The translations under genes were made by a program, and so were the position numbers. This document shows positions 47,988-48,521 of a DNA stretch of 48,521 nt, piece after piece. The number at the start of each line of letters is the position of its first letter. Position 1 is the first letter of the stretch. Below the pieces are notes generated by a model, which saw only the letters and a program-made list of their open reading frames with translations, was not told the DNA's origin and did no database searches. The stretch comes from Fidelibacterota bacterium (GTDB lineage Bacteria > Fidelibacterota > Marinisomatia > Marinisomatales > UBA1611): contig JAPYRR010000005.1 of assembly GCA_029936885.1 (NCBI GenBank), forward strand, positions 1 to 48,521, given 5' to 3'.

Positions 47988-48521
47988 TTATGCATGAGTG
48001 TTTTCTCGCCATATATTAGCTCCAAGTGACCTAAACTTTTCTTCAATTTTCTCATATCCTCTGTCAATATGGTACACTCTGCTCACTTCTGTTTTTCCTT
48101 TTGCAGCAAGCCCTGCAACAATTAATGATGCACTTGCACGAATATCCGTAGACATAACGGGGGCACCCACCAATTCTTTCACGCCACGGACAAAAGCAGT
48201 ATTATTATCCAATTTAATATTCGCTCCAAAACGATTGAGCTCTGGCACATGACTAAAACGATCATGATATACAGTATCTGTAATGATGGATGAACCATTC
48301 GCCAACGCCATCAATGATACCCATTGTGCTTGAAGATCAGTCGGGAATCCCGGATAAACACCCGTTGTCATATCTACTGATTGAATTTTTTCTGCAGGTG
48401 TAATTGTAACGGAATTATGGGTGGTTTTTATTCCACATCCTGCATCTTTTAATTTTAAAAGAACTGAATCTAAATGCTGTGGAATAACATTAGTGTTTTC
48501 TGCGATTTTAGAGATTGCATC
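47988..48521 (-). CDS. murA: UDP-N-acetylglucosamine 1-carboxyvinyltransferase, 3' part (5' end outside window)
   Basis: YPGFPTDLQAQ, RF.HV.EL, GAPVM.TD.RASA, YHIDRGYE; frame open to the window edge. Confidence 0.95.
   Translation of the reverse strand, partial: DAISKIAENTNVIPQHLDSVLLKLKDAGCGIKTTHNSVTITPAEKIQSVDMTTGVYPGFPTDLQAQWVSLMALANGSSIITDTVYHDRFSHVPELNRFGANIKLDNNTAFVRGVKELVGAPVMSTDIRASASLIVAGLAAKGKTEVSRVYHIDRGYEKIEEKFRSLGANIWRENTHA

Noticed and set aside
2586-48252. Numerous short track ORFs nested in or antisense to long genes (e.g. 14173..14553, 27143..27592, 27729..28064, 29037..29417, 29887..30348)
   Set aside because: They overlap confidently identified genes and lack motifs; treated as shadow frames.
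48495-48521. Last 9 codons of the murA frame (DAISKIAEN) do not resemble the expected GG.(I/V).L segment
   Set aside because: At the sequence end and too short to judge; more likely a contig-end artefact or divergence than biology.

Overview
AT-rich bacterial chromosome segment, mostly housekeeping genes on the minus strand. The gene set (LptE after a receiver-less sigma-54 activator, DUF4837-like lipoprotein, Omp85-like gene) suggests an FCB-group organism, plausibly Marinimicrobia/Marinisomatota; this is inference only. Contents: tRNA-Ala(GGC), DPP-IV, family-5 UDG, PpiD-like chaperone, partial leucine-catabolism cluster, accA, a glycosyltransferase/envelope cluster, lgt, lepA, nadE, asnS, lptE, galE, uvrB, uvrC, mce, a DUF1611 + dipeptide-epimerase (dgcN/dgcA-like) pair, trkAH and the 3' part of murA. 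The strongest unannotated signal is a likely selenoprotein that the ORF track truncates: 11022..12062(-) reads lipoprotein signal, thioredoxin fold with W-[TGA]-V-W-C (UxxC) followed by a bacterial SECIS-like hairpin, then a TPR-like domain. Other notable items: a truncated GIY-YIG nuclease bracketed by inverted palindromic GTCAT..ATCCA repeats with a solo copy elsewhere; a secreted protein with a D-[T/S] repeat stalk; a giant outer-membrane protein paired with an Omp85-like gene; a recurring TAnnTT-N5-9-ATG leaderless-type start pattern; and two small gene relics. All family calls come from motif recognition, not database searches.
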